DNA of 64,000 nt from Clostridia bacterium (GCA_028280575.1 JANQLN010000127.1:27313-91312); one strand, 5' to 3'; shown: positions 1-10,315, counted from the first letter of the stretch. A program made the numbers and translations. Notes: generated by a model not told the origin, from the letters alone.

Positions 1-749
1 ATGAAATAGTTGGATATGAATACCACCCCGGGCGGATCATCAAGTTCCGTCAGTTCCTTTATCAGCCTATAACCGCTTTCCACATGAAAATTTCCGAATT
101 TGATTATGTTTTTTTCCTCTGCTATATGGTAATCTTCAAGTGCTCTTATATAACCGTCATATCTTTCCCTTGCAGACGTCAGTCCCGGGTCTCCCCCGAT
201 AAAGCCAATCCTATTATGCCCGTTCCGTATCAAATATTCGGTAGCCTCATAGCTGCCGTTAATATTATCAACCAGCACTGCATCCGTTTTGAAGCCTTCC
301 ACCATTCTGTCAACCAGTACAACAGGTATATTCAATTCTTCAAGCATTGAAAAGTGCTTTCCCTGTCCTGTAGCCGGTATGATAATAATTCCGTCCACGC
401 ATTTTTCATAGAGAAGGTCTATTCTCTCCGCTTCTTCCCGGGCGCTCTCGTTAGAATCACATATTATCAGGGTATATCCGCTTCTGCTTAACTCTTCCTC
501 AACACCTTTTGCCACGGTCATAAAAAAATCATTGGGAATTTCAGGGGAAATAAAACCTATGGTATAACTATGGCTGGTTTTTAAGCTTCTGGCAATTGTG
601 TTGACTTTATAATCCAGCTTATTTACACATTCAATCACCTTTTTACAGGTGTGGTCACTTATTCTGGGGTCCTTGCTAAGTACCCTCGAAACAGTACTTG
701 CCGATACACCTGCCAGTTTTGCAACATCCTTTATAGTTATAGCCACCAT
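1..749 (-). CDS. LacI/GalR-family transcriptional regulator (C-terminal end runs off the window start)
   Basis: Absent from the ORF track because it is open at the window edge. Reverse translation from ATG at 749-747 gives MVAITIKDVAKLAGVSASTVSRVLSKDPRISDHTCKKVIECVNKLDYKVNTIARSLK, a canonical LacI HTH. The frame stays open to position 3 (…KELTELLDDPPGVVFISNYF). Confidence 0.85.
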   Translation of the reverse strand, partial: MVAITIKDVAKLAGVSASTVSRVLSKDPRISDHTCKKVIECVNKLDYKVNTIARSLKTSHSYTIGFISPEIPNDFFMTVAKGVEEELSRSGYTLIICDSNESAREEAERIDLLYEKCVDGIIIIPATGQGKHFSMLEELNIPVVLVDRMVEGFKTDAVLVDNINGSYEATEYLIRNGHNRIGFIGGDPGLTSARERYDGYIRALEDYHIAEEKNIIKFGNFHVESGYRLIKELTELDDPPGVVFISNYF

Positions 750-833
750 TCAAACTCCTTTATTCAAGATTAAATTACTGCCTGTAGACAGAACTCATGT
801 ATGCAGATTTTCCCATTATCCCCATGCCTGTTT

Positions 834-849
834 ATGCACACGTTTGCAT
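834..849. promoter_or_regulatory. LacI/CcpA-type palindromic operator candidate upstream of the LacI gene
   Basis: ATGCACACGTTTGCAT has half sites TGCACAC / TGCAAAC around a central CG. It has one mismatch to the cre-like consensus WTGNAANCGNWNNCW and lies about 85 bp upstream of the regulator start. Confidence 0.4.
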
Positions 850-972
850 AATTTATTATATTCTATATGCTCTGCCAATATTCCTGCATAAAAAACAAAA
901 AAAATTATGCACCCAGTAGGAGTAAAAGGGAAGGCATAATTATTTTAACACTTTATGTAACTGCATAAATGC

Positions 973-1016
973 CATGCAATATGGCTTTTTATATATTCCA
1001 AAAGCCATATTGCATG
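973..1016 (-). terminator. Perfect 17-bp stem hairpin downstream of the isomerase gene
   Basis: catgcaatatggctttt (973-989) pairs perfectly with aaaagccatattgcatg (1000-1016), leaving a 10-nt loop. The U-tract is partly inside the stem, so intrinsic terminator function is plausible but not certain. Confidence 0.5.
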
Positions 1017-1045
1017 AATTAAAGATGTTAAGGGTTACAAGATTA

Positions 1046-1921
1046 CTATACTATTTTTTCAATCGTTTTCTTTAAATTGCTTAGTCCTATGGATATTCCG
1101 ACAATAGGGTCTTCAATACCTTCAAATTCTATAGAAAGCACACCGTCAAAACCCGCTTTTTTAATTATCCTCAAGCATTGGGCCACCGGAACATCCCCAT
1201 GGCCTACAACAGCTCCTCTAAGATAATTCCCGCCGCGGCTCTGAAACCACCCTTGCCCGGGGTCAAAGCCATTTCCCGGCTTTACGTGGAAATCTTTTAT
1301 ATGTACATGCATAGCATAGGGCATCATTCTGCCAACCGCTTTGCCCGGGTTTTCATCCACACAGAGAAAATTCCCAATATCAACCAGTGCTCCAAAGTTT
1401 TCATGGTTAACCTCGTTTACCAGCTTCTCCACCCGCTCGCTATCCTGACAAAACATCCCATGGTTTTCCACCATGGTTTTTATTCCCAGTTCCTGGGCAT
1501 ACTCGGTGACTGCCCGGCAGCCCTTTGCAATAATCCCCAAGGCATCATCAAAGCTTCTTTGTCCCTTGTAACCGTCAGGAAAACCTCCGGTAGCATCATG
1601 CCTCATACCCGGTACACCCAGAACAGCCGCAACCTCTACATGCTCCCTGAGCCTTTCTGCCTCTTCCTTCCAATTTCCACCGGGACAGTTAATAAAATCA
1701 GCATAAACCGTATAATGTGAAGCTTCTATACCTACTCTTTCACATTCGTCCTTTAGTCCCTTTGCAAAGGATTTGAGCGTCTCTCCTTCCGGTACTGTCA
1801 AATCAGCAAACTCAATGACATCAAAGCCCATTTCCTTCGCTTTGCCAATAACTTCAATTTGCTTCATTTTACCACTGTTGACAAGATTGCTGTAGCTGTA
1901 TGAACTAACTCCAATTTTCAT
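1046..1921 (-). CDS. Sugar phosphate isomerase/epimerase (xylose isomerase-like TIM barrel)
   Basis: 291-aa ORF with motifs typical of the AP endonuclease 2 / xylose isomerase-like TIM-barrel family (IEFADL…, VENH, HIKD, SIEFEG). Confidence 0.85.
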   Translation of the reverse strand: MKIGVSSYSYSNLVNSGKMKQIEVIGKAKEMGFDVIEFADLTVPEGETLKSFAKGLKDECERVGIEASHYTVYADFINCPGGNWKEEAERLREHVEVAAVLGVPGMRHDATGGFPDGYKGQRSFDDALGIIAKGCRAVTEYAQELGIKTMVENHGMFCQDSERVEKLVNEVNHENFGALVDIGNFLCVDENPGKAVGRMMPYAMHVHIKDFHVKPGNGFDPGQGWFQSRGGNYLRGAVVGHGDVPVAQCLRIIKKAGFDGVLSIEFEGIEDPIVGISIGLSNLKKTIEKIV

Positions 1922-2241
1922 TTTATACCCTCCTAGAAAAATATCATGCTTATATTATATTAGTACTTTAATTCTGATTCATTCATTCTATTGCTTATTA
2001 CAAGCACAATATTGCTGCATATATGCAAAATACCGGGATTAATTTTTGGCATACTGCAACCTTATTCTTTCTGTATCAACTCTTGTAAGCCACCTGGCAC
2101 TTTGAATCAAGGATTTCCCTGGTATTTTAAAATATTCAGGATAATTTTTGCCATTTTAAGCAAGAATTATATTATTAAAGTTTTACTATAGGAAATACTA
2201 TATCATATCTGATATTAACATTTATAAGGAGATGTTTTAGG

Positions 2242-2718
2242 TTGGATAAAAGCGATAATTATGAAGCAATTTTCTGGAGTATCGCAATGCCGGGCTTTGG
2301 GCAATTAATAAATAAAAAATATATTAAGGGAATATTATTTATCGGTTTGGAGTTTTTGATAAATATAGAATCCCATTTGAATATGGCAATTATTTCAAGC
2401 TTTCAGGGCGAAATATCAACTGCTATAAATCAGGTAAATTACCAATGGCTGATGTTCTATCCTTGTATTTATATGTTTGCCATGTGGGATGCTTGCAGGG
2501 ATAGCTTAAGCAAAAAGAAAGCATTTCTTTTTTTCCCGTTTGTCATAGCCGCATATTCGGGTACAGTTGGGGTGATATATTCAAAATCTTTTAAATTTAT
2601 GGGTGTTTTATTAGGTCCTGTCTGGCTGCCTTTAATTTTTATTTTTTTAAGCATGGCAATCGGATTTATTATAAATAATCTTTTCTTATACAAAATAGGA
2701 CGGTCAGGTGGTGGCTAA
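2242..2718 (+). CDS. Small integral membrane protein, function unknown
   Basis: 158-aa ORF with a TTG start preceded by AAGGAG and several hydrophobic segments. Its stop overlaps the next start (TAATG at 2716-2720). Confidence 0.55.
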   Translation: MDKSDNYEAIFWSIAMPGFGQLINKKYIKGILFIGLEFLINIESHLNMAIISSFQGEISTAINQVNYQWLMFYPCIYMFAMWDACRDSLSKKKAFLFFPFVIAAYSGTVGVIYSKSFKFMGVLLGPVWLPLIFIFLSMAIGFIINNLFLYKIGRSGGG

Positions 2719-3260
2719 TGGAAGATATTTTTAAAGAAATACTCAGGCTGCAGCAGCAATTAACAGATTTAGAGCTAAGGTATTGGCTGGATCATGTCTT
2801 GTTTACGTTTAACTGGTGGTTCCTGGTTTTCATATTTATTATACCCTGGATAATCTGGTACAGGCTTGTGGATAAAAAGCGGATACGGGAAATTTTATTA
2901 TACGGGTTTGTTGTCATTGTAATAAGCTGCCTGCTGGACGACCTTGGTGTGGCAATACTATTATGGGCTTACCCTTACGAGCTGTTTGAATTGTCGGACC
3001 GTTTAAATGCAGTCAATTTAGCCTCGCTGCCTATTTTGTACATGCTTGTATATCAATATTTCCCAAAATGGAAGTCCTTCTTTATAGCTCATATAGTGCT
3101 TGCTTTAGTCTTTTCATTTGTTGCCGAGTCAATATTGATAAAAATGGATATATATGTGCCCTTGTTATGGAAATCCATATACTCTTTCCCTATTTACATT
3201 ATAATTGGTGTTGTTGTAAAGTGGTTCACGGATAAAATCAGCCGGATATCAAGGTATTAA
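2718..3260 (+). CDS. Integral membrane protein, function unknown (possibly CBO0543-like)
   Basis: 180-aa ORF with about 5 hydrophobic helices, translationally coupled to the upstream ORF. The family assignment is from memory only. Confidence 0.5.
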   Translation: MEDIFKEILRLQQQLTDLELRYWLDHVLFTFNWWFLVFIFIIPWIIWYRLVDKKRIREILLYGFVVIVISCLLDDLGVAILLWAYPYELFELSDRLNAVNLASLPILYMLVYQYFPKWKSFFIAHIVLALVFSFVAESILIKMDIYVPLLWKSIYSFPIYIIIGVVVKWFTDKISRISRY

Positions 3261-3284
3261 CAGTTAGAATCTGTTACTGCAGGT

Positions 3285-3477
3285 ATGGATATTGAAGGCG
3301 GGCACGGGGGAGCAGACCCTGTAATTGCTAAAGACTTTATCAATATGCCCCTTTAAGCAAACCCAGCCGGGTTGCAGACCTGTTATCCGGCAGGACGATT
3401 GTTGCTGCAGGCTGTGCGGCTGCGGAGTCTATAAGGTCCGGGGGTAAAGTCGTTGATATAGGCCTTCCCGACGTGTA
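3285..3477 (+). pseudogene. Frameshifted 3' remnant of a Gfo/Idh/MocA-type oxidoreductase
   Basis: One frame reads MDIEGGHGGADPVIAKDFINMPL*. The adjacent frame reads SKPSRVADLLSGRTIVAAGCAAAESIRSGGKVVDIGLPDV*. Together they resemble the conserved C-terminus (GGHGGGD…AAEES…G) of this family. There is no N-terminal part, and GC is visibly higher than in the neighbours. Confidence 0.55.
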
Positions 3478-3509
3478 AAATAAATTATATTACGGCAAAT
3501 AATACAAAT

Positions 3510-3926
3510 TTAAAAAACAGCTCTTTTTAATTCCTTATATAATTCCGGCAGCCTTTTCTGAAGGTTAACAGGATCTAAGTTTTTGTCCGTCCATGCATGA
3601 GATGTTTCTCCTGTGGCTATCAAAATATTGTCAATGCAATTATTAACTTTATATGCAAATATAATCCTGACACATGTAAGCTTTATGGCCTGGACCCTTA
3701 TCTCAACTTCATCTTCATACCTGGCAGGGCTTTTAAAACAGCACTTCAAGTCCGTCAAAGGAAGTAAAATACCTTCACTTTCAATTTTGGAATATGGAAA
3801 GCCCAGCTTTTTAAAAAAGTCGGTCCTTGCAGCTTCAAACCAGACAGGATAATTGGAGTGGTGTACAATTCCCATTTGGTCTGTTTCAGCATATTTTACC
3901 GCAAATTTTGTCCTTGGAATTAACAA
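3510..3926 (-). CDS. Acyl-CoA thioesterase, YbgC/4HBT hotdog family
   Basis: 138-aa ORF. The N-terminal YAETDQMGIVHHSNYPVWFEAARTDFF matches the 4HBT catalytic-Asp motif context. Confidence 0.85.
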   Translation of the reverse strand: MLIPRTKFAVKYAETDQMGIVHHSNYPVWFEAARTDFFKKLGFPYSKIESEGILLPLTDLKCCFKSPARYEDEVEIRVQAIKLTCVRIIFAYKVNNCIDNILIATGETSHAWTDKNLDPVNLQKRLPELYKELKRAVF

Positions 3927-4157
3927 TCAATCACCTCCCAGTCTCTTTTCAAGCATTTCTATACAGCCGTCCATATTTATTATCACTGAAATAAGCTAAA
4001 TAAAATTATGGGCTTTTGCTCGTTTGCTTTATCAAAATAATAGCACTCCTTTATAAGTCTGTCAACTTGAATACTAAAATATGATTAACACTATAAGGGT
4101 ACATGCAATAAAATAGGTTAATGGAATTACAATACCATTGAATACGGAAGTGTGCTT

Positions 4158-4985
4158 CTATTTTCCCAAATAATTTTTTCTAAAGATGGCAGGTGAATAT
4201 CCTGTAAATTTTTTAAATACTGAACAAAAATAGCTTGTATCATTGTAGCCGGCATGAAAAGAAATATCATTAATCTTTGCATGCGGATTTTGTATGATAT
4301 ATTCCTTGGCCATACGTACCCTCTGATGATTAATGAATGTAAAGGGTGTCATATTATATGCCTTTTTAAACAATTTACATAGATATGACGGAGTTATTCC
4401 GATAATATCGGCCATCTGTTCCAAAGAAATATCCTGGTCCACTTTATGCGAAATGTATTCAACAACAGGCTGTAATTTTTGTATGGCATCCGTGGCTCTA
4501 TGACTGTCGCTTTTCGACGTCCATGTTTTCATTGCGATCATAAAATGATAAAGTAACGCGGAGCCTTTATAATAATAATCCGGATTTTTTGAATTTAACG
4601 CGTTATAAATATCCTCCAGCAATGTATTAAACAGGTTCATATTCTTTAAATAAAAAACCTCAAATTGGCTGATTTCCAAAATCCCCAGTAAACCTGCAAC
4701 CTGATTGCCGTCAAAACCCAGCCATTTGCTTGACCAGGGTTCTTTCACAGGGAAGTATTCGTGGGGAATGCCAGGATAATAGAAAAAACCCATTCCTTCT
4801 TTAATCAAATACTCTTTATTTTCAATAATCAGCATTCCCTCTCCTTTGGTAGAGTGGAGCCAGTGAAAATATCCAAAACCCTTCTTACGGCAGATATGCC
4901 CTTGTTTTTTCTGGGTTCCTACCGAAGTTACATAATATGGCATTTTCTTGGCCTCTTCTAACATCATGGGAAATAGCATGTCCAT
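4158..4985 (-). CDS. AraC-family transcriptional regulator (cupin sensor + HTH)
   Basis: 275 aa with a C-terminal AraC HTH (…DIIGITPSYLCKLFKK…GYNDTSYFCSVFKKFTGYSP). It is divergent from the GH42 gene. Confidence 0.85.
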   Translation of the reverse strand: MDMLFPMMLEEAKKMPYYVTSVGTQKKQGHICRKKGFGYFHWLHSTKGEGMLIIENKEYLIKEGMGFFYYPGIPHEYFPVKEPWSSKWLGFDGNQVAGLLGILEISQFEVFYLKNMNLFNTLLEDIYNALNSKNPDYYYKGSALLYHFMIAMKTWTSKSDSHRATDAIQKLQPVVEYISHKVDQDISLEQMADIIGITPSYLCKLFKKAYNMTPFTFINHQRVRMAKEYIIQNPHAKINDISFHAGYNDTSYFCSVFKKFTGYSPAIFRKNYLGK

Positions 4986-5137
4986 TTCTATCCCTCCTAG
5001 GAGCCTCGGACAGAACTCCTGTATACATATTATAGTACAATATATTTATATCCATATCAATATATTCTAATTTACATAGTATATTTTTTGATAGTATAAT
5101 TTCAATATATTTATATTATCGAAGGGATGTAGAAACG

Positions 5138-7207
5138 ATGAAAAAATATGATCCTATCAATCCGAAAGCCCCTCAATTTTTGCACGGTGGGGATTATAAT
5201 CCTGACCAGTGGCTTAACATGCCCTCTATTATCGATGAAGATATGCGTCTTATAAAGCTTGCCAATTGCAACGCCATGTCAATTGGTATTTTTTCCTGGA
5301 CAACACTGGAGCCCGAGGAAGGAAAATTTAACTTTGAATGGCTTGACGATATCATGGATAAGCTGCATAAAAATGATGCTTTTGCCGTATTGGCTACACC
5401 AACAGGAGCAAGGCCGGCATGGATGTCTCAAAAATATCCTGAAGTACTCAGGGTAGCGCCCAATCGCATCAGAAACCTGCACGGAAGAAGGCATAATCAT
5501 TGCTATACCTCCCCTGTATACAGGGAAAAGGCAAAAGTCATCAATACCAAACTGGCAGAAAGATACAAGTCCCATCCGGCTTTGCTAATATGGCATATTT
5601 CAAACGAATATGGTGGAGAATGTCACTGTGACCTATGTCAAAATGCTTTTATAGAGTGGCTCAGGGAAAAATACAATCATGATTTGGATGCATTAAATAA
5701 AGCATGGTGGACAAAATTCTGGAGTCATACCTATACGGCCTGGGATCAAATCGAATCCCCCGCACCCCATGGTGAATTGTATGTGCACGGCCTTAACCTG
5801 GACTGGAAAAGGTTTGTAACCCATCAAACAATTGATTTTATGAAAAATGAACTTGAACCTTTAAAAAGAATCACTCCCGGTATACCTGCTACAACAAATT
5901 TCATGGGAACATACAAGGGCCTTAATTATTTTAAATTTGCTCCTTATCTGGATGTAATTTCTTGGGATTCATACCCGCAGTGGCATGTTGATAAAAAAGA
6001 GTACCTGCTTGGAAGTGACATCGCTTTTGTGCATGATTTAAACCGGAGCCTCAAAGGCGGAAAACCCTTTATGCTGATGGAAAGTACGCCCAGCATGACC
6101 AACTGGCAGAAAATAGCCAAGTTAAAAAGGCCCGGTATGCACATTTTATCCTCTCTCCAAGCGGTAGCTCACGGTTCTGACACTGTACAGTACTTTCAAT
6201 GGAGAAAGAGCAGGGGCTCCAGCGAAAAGTTCCATGGCGCGGTTGTCGACCACTGTGGTCATGAAAATACGCGTGTGTTTAATGAAGTGTCAAAATTAGG
6301 GGAGATACTCAAACAGCTTCGTCCTGTTATCGGATCAACGGTAGATGCTGAAGTGGCCATCATTTATGACTGGGAAAATGCTTGGGCCATTGATGATATG
6401 CAAGGACTCAGGAAGGAAGGCAGGGACTACGAAGCGACTTGTAAAATGCATTACAAAGCATTTTGGGATCTAAGTATACCGGTCGATATCGTTGATATGG
6501 AAAGTGATATTTCCAAATACAAGCTGGTCATCGCCCCTATGCTTTATATGATACGGGGGGGCATTGACAAAAAGATCGAATCCTTTGCCAAAAACGGCGG
6601 AACCTTTGTTGCAACCTATTGGAGCGGTATTGTGGATGAAAATGACTTGTGTTTTTTGGGTGGATTCCCAGGTCCGTTGCGGAATGTTCTCGGTATATGG
6701 TCTGAAGAAATTGATTCCCTTCATAACAGCGAAACAACAGGTATTCAAATGATAGAAGGAAACCCGCTTGGAATTGAATCGGATTTTGAAGCCTGTCAAT
6801 TGTGTGACCTCATTCATTCAGAATCTGCATCCATATTGGCACAATACAAGGATGATTTTTATAAGTGCAGACCTGCATTAACCGTCAATGCATTTGGCAA
6901 AGGCAAAGCCTACTACATTGCCTTTAGATCAAAAATGGACTTCCTTACCAGATTCTATACCACTATTGCAGGCTCCCTTAAAATCAAAAAAGCAATTGAT
7001 GTGGAATTACCCCTGGGTATCTCTGCACAAGTCAGAACAGATGGTATAAAAGAGTATGTTTTTATTATGAATTTTACTAACGAAATCCAGGAAATCAATA
7101 TAGGCAAAAAAGAATATTATGATTTCATAACTAGAAGCACAATCAATAATAAGCTTTCTCTGGAATCATTTGGTGTTGCTGTACTGGAAAAAACCACGAA
7201 CCCATAA
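5138..7207 (+). CDS. Beta-galactosidase, glycoside hydrolase family 42
   Basis: 689 aa. Contains GGDYNPDQW, WHISNEYGG (acid/base Glu), the CHCDLC zinc cluster, MESTPS (nucleophile region), and the length typical of GH42. Confidence 0.95.
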   Translation: MKKYDPINPKAPQFLHGGDYNPDQWLNMPSIIDEDMRLIKLANCNAMSIGIFSWTTLEPEEGKFNFEWLDDIMDKLHKNDAFAVLATPTGARPAWMSQKYPEVLRVAPNRIRNLHGRRHNHCYTSPVYREKAKVINTKLAERYKSHPALLIWHISNEYGGECHCDLCQNAFIEWLREKYNHDLDALNKAWWTKFWSHTYTAWDQIESPAPHGELYVHGLNLDWKRFVTHQTIDFMKNELEPLKRITPGIPATTNFMGTYKGLNYFKFAPYLDVISWDSYPQWHVDKKEYLLGSDIAFVHDLNRSLKGGKPFMLMESTPSMTNWQKIAKLKRPGMHILSSLQAVAHGSDTVQYFQWRKSRGSSEKFHGAVVDHCGHENTRVFNEVSKLGEILKQLRPVIGSTVDAEVAIIYDWENAWAIDDMQGLRKEGRDYEATCKMHYKAFWDLSIPVDIVDMESDISKYKLVIAPMLYMIRGGIDKKIESFAKNGGTFVATYWSGIVDENDLCFLGGFPGPLRNVLGIWSEEIDSLHNSETTGIQMIEGNPLGIESDFEACQLCDLIHSESASILAQYKDDFYKCRPALTVNAFGKGKAYYIAFRSKMDFLTRFYTTIAGSLKIKKAIDVELPLGISAQVRTDGIKEYVFIMNFTNEIQEINIGKKEYYDFITRSTINNKLSLESFGVAVLEKTTNP

Positions 7208-7477
7208 GGAGGCTCAAATCGCGCTTCACCTTACCACACAAGGAAAATGTCCTTTTGTAATATTCAATTTTTTTTTATGGTGGAGCGCAGATTGAAGCAG
7301 TAATAATATACAGATTATAGAACGGTTGTATCAGATTATGGAATTTTACAATTGAACAAACATAAAAGACAGTTTAATGGCATAAAAAAGGAACTGCACA
7401 CAGCTTTTTTTTAATAGCTAATGGGACAGCCCTTTTATATTACTGCCAAAAGCCCAGGGCATGAGTATTTTCTATTT

Positions 7478-8692
7478 CTAAGCATTCAGCATTATTTTCT
7501 CGTTGTTGAATGTATTTGTAATGGCTTTAATCAGTATTAAGGTAACAACTACGGAGGATATTACCGTCACCATAAACTGGTCTATCCCCAATTCAAAATT
7601 CAAGACCGCTTTTATAGCCGAGATACTCCCATAAACTGGTATGGCAAATTTATAAGTTTCCGGCGTTCCACTGGCAAACATAGTAGAGAAAGCAGCTACC
7701 ATTACAATCATAAATACCGGTGCCACATAGCTTCCTGCCTCTTTAACCGACCGGGCCCTTACAGACAACAAGCAGACAAGTCCCACATTAACACCTACCA
7801 GGCTTAACATGATAAGAAGAAGCTGGCCGTACTGGCCAAGGGTGAATTCCGGTATCCCGCCGCTGCCGCCGGCCATAAGCATATTGGAGGCAAACGGCAT
7901 GGAGGCCATAATACCAACAAATGAACACAGGGCACTTATAACGGCAACAACAGCCAATCCTGCAACTTTACCAAGGGCAATGGTTTCCCGCTTCACCGGT
8001 GTTAATAACAGCGTGGACATTGTTCCCCTCTCTTTTTCTCCGGCAATTGTATCCAAACCTATACCCATTGCAGAAGAGAAAAGGATTATGCCGATGAGCA
8101 TCGGTACAATCATACTCAATGCTTTTCCTTTTGCTTTCTCTTCGTTAACAATTACGCCTTCTTCATTGGTCCTGTCAATAACAAATGCCGTAGTATAGTT
8201 TATGTTTCCAAACCTGTCGGCTAATATTTCTCTCTCGTACCCATTTAATACCTGGTCGATAAAATTTCCTCTTGCATCCTTTGAATAGTCTTCCGAAGGA
8301 TTATAGTATGTTTTAATTTCCGGCGGAACTTCCCTGTCCAGATAACCGGCAGTTTTTGCCTCGAAGTTATTTTCAAACTCAACAAGCAGGTCTGCTTCAC
8401 CTGTCAGTATTGAATCCTTTATACTTTCTATTTTATCCGCCTCAATAAATTCAATATTCATATTAACCTTGTTTGATATGGTATCATAGTATTCCCTGAA
8501 GCTTCCTGGGCTGTTTTGGACGTAAACCGATGCCTTATGCTCTCTAATATCGCCAACCATATTTGAAAACATCATACCCAAAACTATGTATGTTAAAAAA
8601 ATACTTACTGCAGGCAGGATAAATGATGAAAAGATAAGTCTTTTATCTGTAAATACTCTTTTAAGCTCTTTTCTAAGAATTACATTAAACAT
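7478..8692 (-). CDS. ABC-2 type exporter permease (NatB-like)
   Basis: One N-terminal TM, a large extracytoplasmic loop, then 5 C-terminal TMs. I prefer the start at 8692 (MFNVILRKELKR) because AAGGAGG lies 8 nt upstream. The ORF track extends to 8740, overlapping the ATPase. Confidence 0.8.
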   Translation of the reverse strand: MFNVILRKELKRVFTDKRLIFSSFILPAVSIFLTYIVLGMMFSNMVGDIREHKASVYVQNSPGSFREYYDTISNKVNMNIEFIEADKIESIKDSILTGEADLLVEFENNFEAKTAGYLDREVPPEIKTYYNPSEDYSKDARGNFIDQVLNGYEREILADRFGNINYTTAFVIDRTNEEGVIVNEEKAKGKALSMIVPMLIGIILFSSAMGIGLDTIAGEKERGTMSTLLLTPVKRETIALGKVAGLAVVAVISALCSFVGIMASMPFASNMLMAGGSGGIPEFTLGQYGQLLLIMLSLVGVNVGLVCLLSVRARSVKEAGSYVAPVFMIVMVAAFSTMFASGTPETYKFAIPVYGSISAIKAVLNFELGIDQFMVTVISSVVVTLILIKAITNTFNNEKIMLNA

Positions 8693-9470
8693 CTGCATTC
8701 CCTCCTTTTGCGGTTTCTTTATATAATTCAAAGAATGCATCTTCCAGATCGGCAGTTTTCGTATCCTTTAATATCTTGTCAATGGTACCTTCTGCTACAA
8801 TCCTGCCGTTTATCATAATCGCCAGCTTATCGCAAAGCCTTGACGCCACCGCCATTATATGTGTGGATACAATGACTAATTTGCCCTGCTCCTTTAATGC
8901 CCTGAGATAGTCTGTTACTGTCCTGGCAGTGATTATATCCAAGCCGTTAGTCGGTTCGTCAAAAATAACAACTTCAGGGTCATGGACCAAACTGACGGCT
9001 ATGGACAGCTTTTGTTTCATACCTGTTGACAGGTCTCCGATTTTTTTATCTGCAAATGCATGGATTCCAAATAACGAAAACAATTCTTCGGTTCTCCTTT
9101 CAATTTTGTCCCTTGAAAGCCCATGAAGACTTCCAAAAAACGCCATTGTGTATCCAGGTGTGAAATGAGTGTCCATTTTAAGCTCATTGGTTAAAAATCC
9201 AATGCTTCTTCTCACTTTTGTTGAGTCCTTGACAACGTCATATCCATTGACCAGAATAGTTCCATCCGTAGCTTTCAACAAGGTTGCAATACTTCTCAGC
9301 GTAGTAGTTTTGCCAGCTCCGTTTGGTCCAAGCAGTCCGAATATTTCTCCTTTCTTTGCACTAAATGATATATTGTCTACAGCTTTTTTAATGTTGGATT
9401 TTGTTTTCTGTTTCGCCATTTGCTTTTTGCTCAGCTTGTAAATTTTAGTAAAATTATAAACCTGAATCAT
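8685..9470 (-). CDS. ABC transporter ATP-binding protein (NatA-like)
   Basis: Walker A GPNGAGKTT, signature LSTGMKQK, Walker B VVIFDEPTNGLD. The start MIQVYNF at 9470 is preceded by AGGAGG. The longer track ORF (to 9515) lacks an RBS. Confidence 0.9.
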   Translation of the reverse strand: MIQVYNFTKIYKLSKKQMAKQKTKSNIKKAVDNISFSAKKGEIFGLLGPNGAGKTTTLRSIATLLKATDGTILVNGYDVVKDSTKVRRSIGFLTNELKMDTHFTPGYTMAFFGSLHGLSRDKIERRTEELFSLFGIHAFADKKIGDLSTGMKQKLSIAVSLVHDPEVVIFDEPTNGLDIITARTVTDYLRALKEQGKLVIVSTHIMAVASRLCDKLAIMINGRIVAEGTIDKILKDTKTADLEDAFFELYKETAKGGNADV

Positions 9471-9636
9471 ATTTAACCTCCTAACCTTCCCGTATCTTAA
9501 ACTGTTTGATTGCACTGCAATTAATATTTTAACAGTTATTTTCCTAAAAGACTATACCTAATCTTATAAAACCATTTGCTTTTATGGTATAATAGATGCC
9601 AAAGAGCAACACCGGACTAATTAATTAGAAAAAGGA

Positions 9637-10230
9637 ATGGTTATAATTTTAGACAAATCGGTTCAATTTTATAAAATAATAATGCATAGAAAAAAAGGTG
9701 CTCCTGTCCCACAAGTTCAATTGCCGGACGGTTTTAAATTTGTCGGGTTTAAGGCAGGTGACGAATTGGACTGGGCTGAAATTGAAACCTCAGCGGGTGA
9801 ATTTAACCGCACAATTGAAGCCCTTGTTTATTTTCAAAAAAGATTCCTGGCTTATTTAGATGAGCTTGAGCGCCGTACTATTTTTATTGAGAATGCAAAA
9901 GGAGAAAAAGCTGCTACGCTGACAAGCTGGTGGGCTTATACCGGAAAGCGCAGGGATCCTTGGATCCATTGGGTTTCAGTTAAATCCCGGTTTCAGGGAT
10001 TAGGACTTGGAAAGTCCATTGTTTTTGAAGGAATGCACCGTACAATTGAAATGGAAGGTGACAGGGATGTCTATCTGTCAACACAAACATGGAGCTATAA
10101 GGCTATAGGTATATATATGAAAGCCGGCTTTGAAATAACGCGGGAATCAGGCCTTGGAGGATACGAAAACGACTATGACAAAGCTATGCCCATAATTGAC
10201 AGGCTATTAATCAATCCTGCATATAGCTGA
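9637..10230 (+). CDS. GNAT-family N-acetyltransferase
   Basis: 197 aa with an acetyl-CoA binding-like segment VSVKSRFQGLGLGKSIV. The start is uncertain (an alternative ATG at 9682 has no RBS). Confidence 0.7.
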   Translation: MVIILDKSVQFYKIIMHRKKGAPVPQVQLPDGFKFVGFKAGDELDWAEIETSAGEFNRTIEALVYFQKRFLAYLDELERRTIFIENAKGEKAATLTSWWAYTGKRRDPWIHWVSVKSRFQGLGLGKSIVFEGMHRTIEMEGDRDVYLSTQTWSYKAIGIYMKAGFEITRESGLGGYENDYDKAMPIIDRLLINPAYS

Positions 10231-10272
10231 CAATTAATATTTCAGTACTAAAGAGAAAACTTTTATCTTAAA

Positions 10273-10315
10273 GCTGAAACCTCAGCCGGCCAAAAGCAGC
10301 CGGCTGGTTTTCAGC
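10273..10315. terminator. Bidirectional hairpin between convergent genes
   Basis: In gctgaaacctcagccggccaaaagcagccggctggttttcagc, the inner stem is cagccggc/gccggctg and the outer stem is gctgaaacc/ggttttcagc. Confidence 0.65.

Noticed and set aside
649-891. 80-aa plus-strand ORF in the track
   Set aside because: It lies antisense to the clearly recognisable LacI HTH coding region and its leader. It has no RBS and a low-complexity hydrophobic translation.
1178-1720. 180-aa plus-strand ORF
   Set aside because: It lies entirely antisense within the well-supported TIM-barrel isomerase gene. It is a typical shadow ORF.
7209-7300. Long-range inverted repeat after the GH42 gene (ggctcaaatcgcgcttcacc … ggtggagcgcagattgaagc)
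   Set aside because: The complementarity is imperfect, the loop is about 55 nt, and there is no clear U-tract. This is not convincing as a terminator or element without folding energetics.
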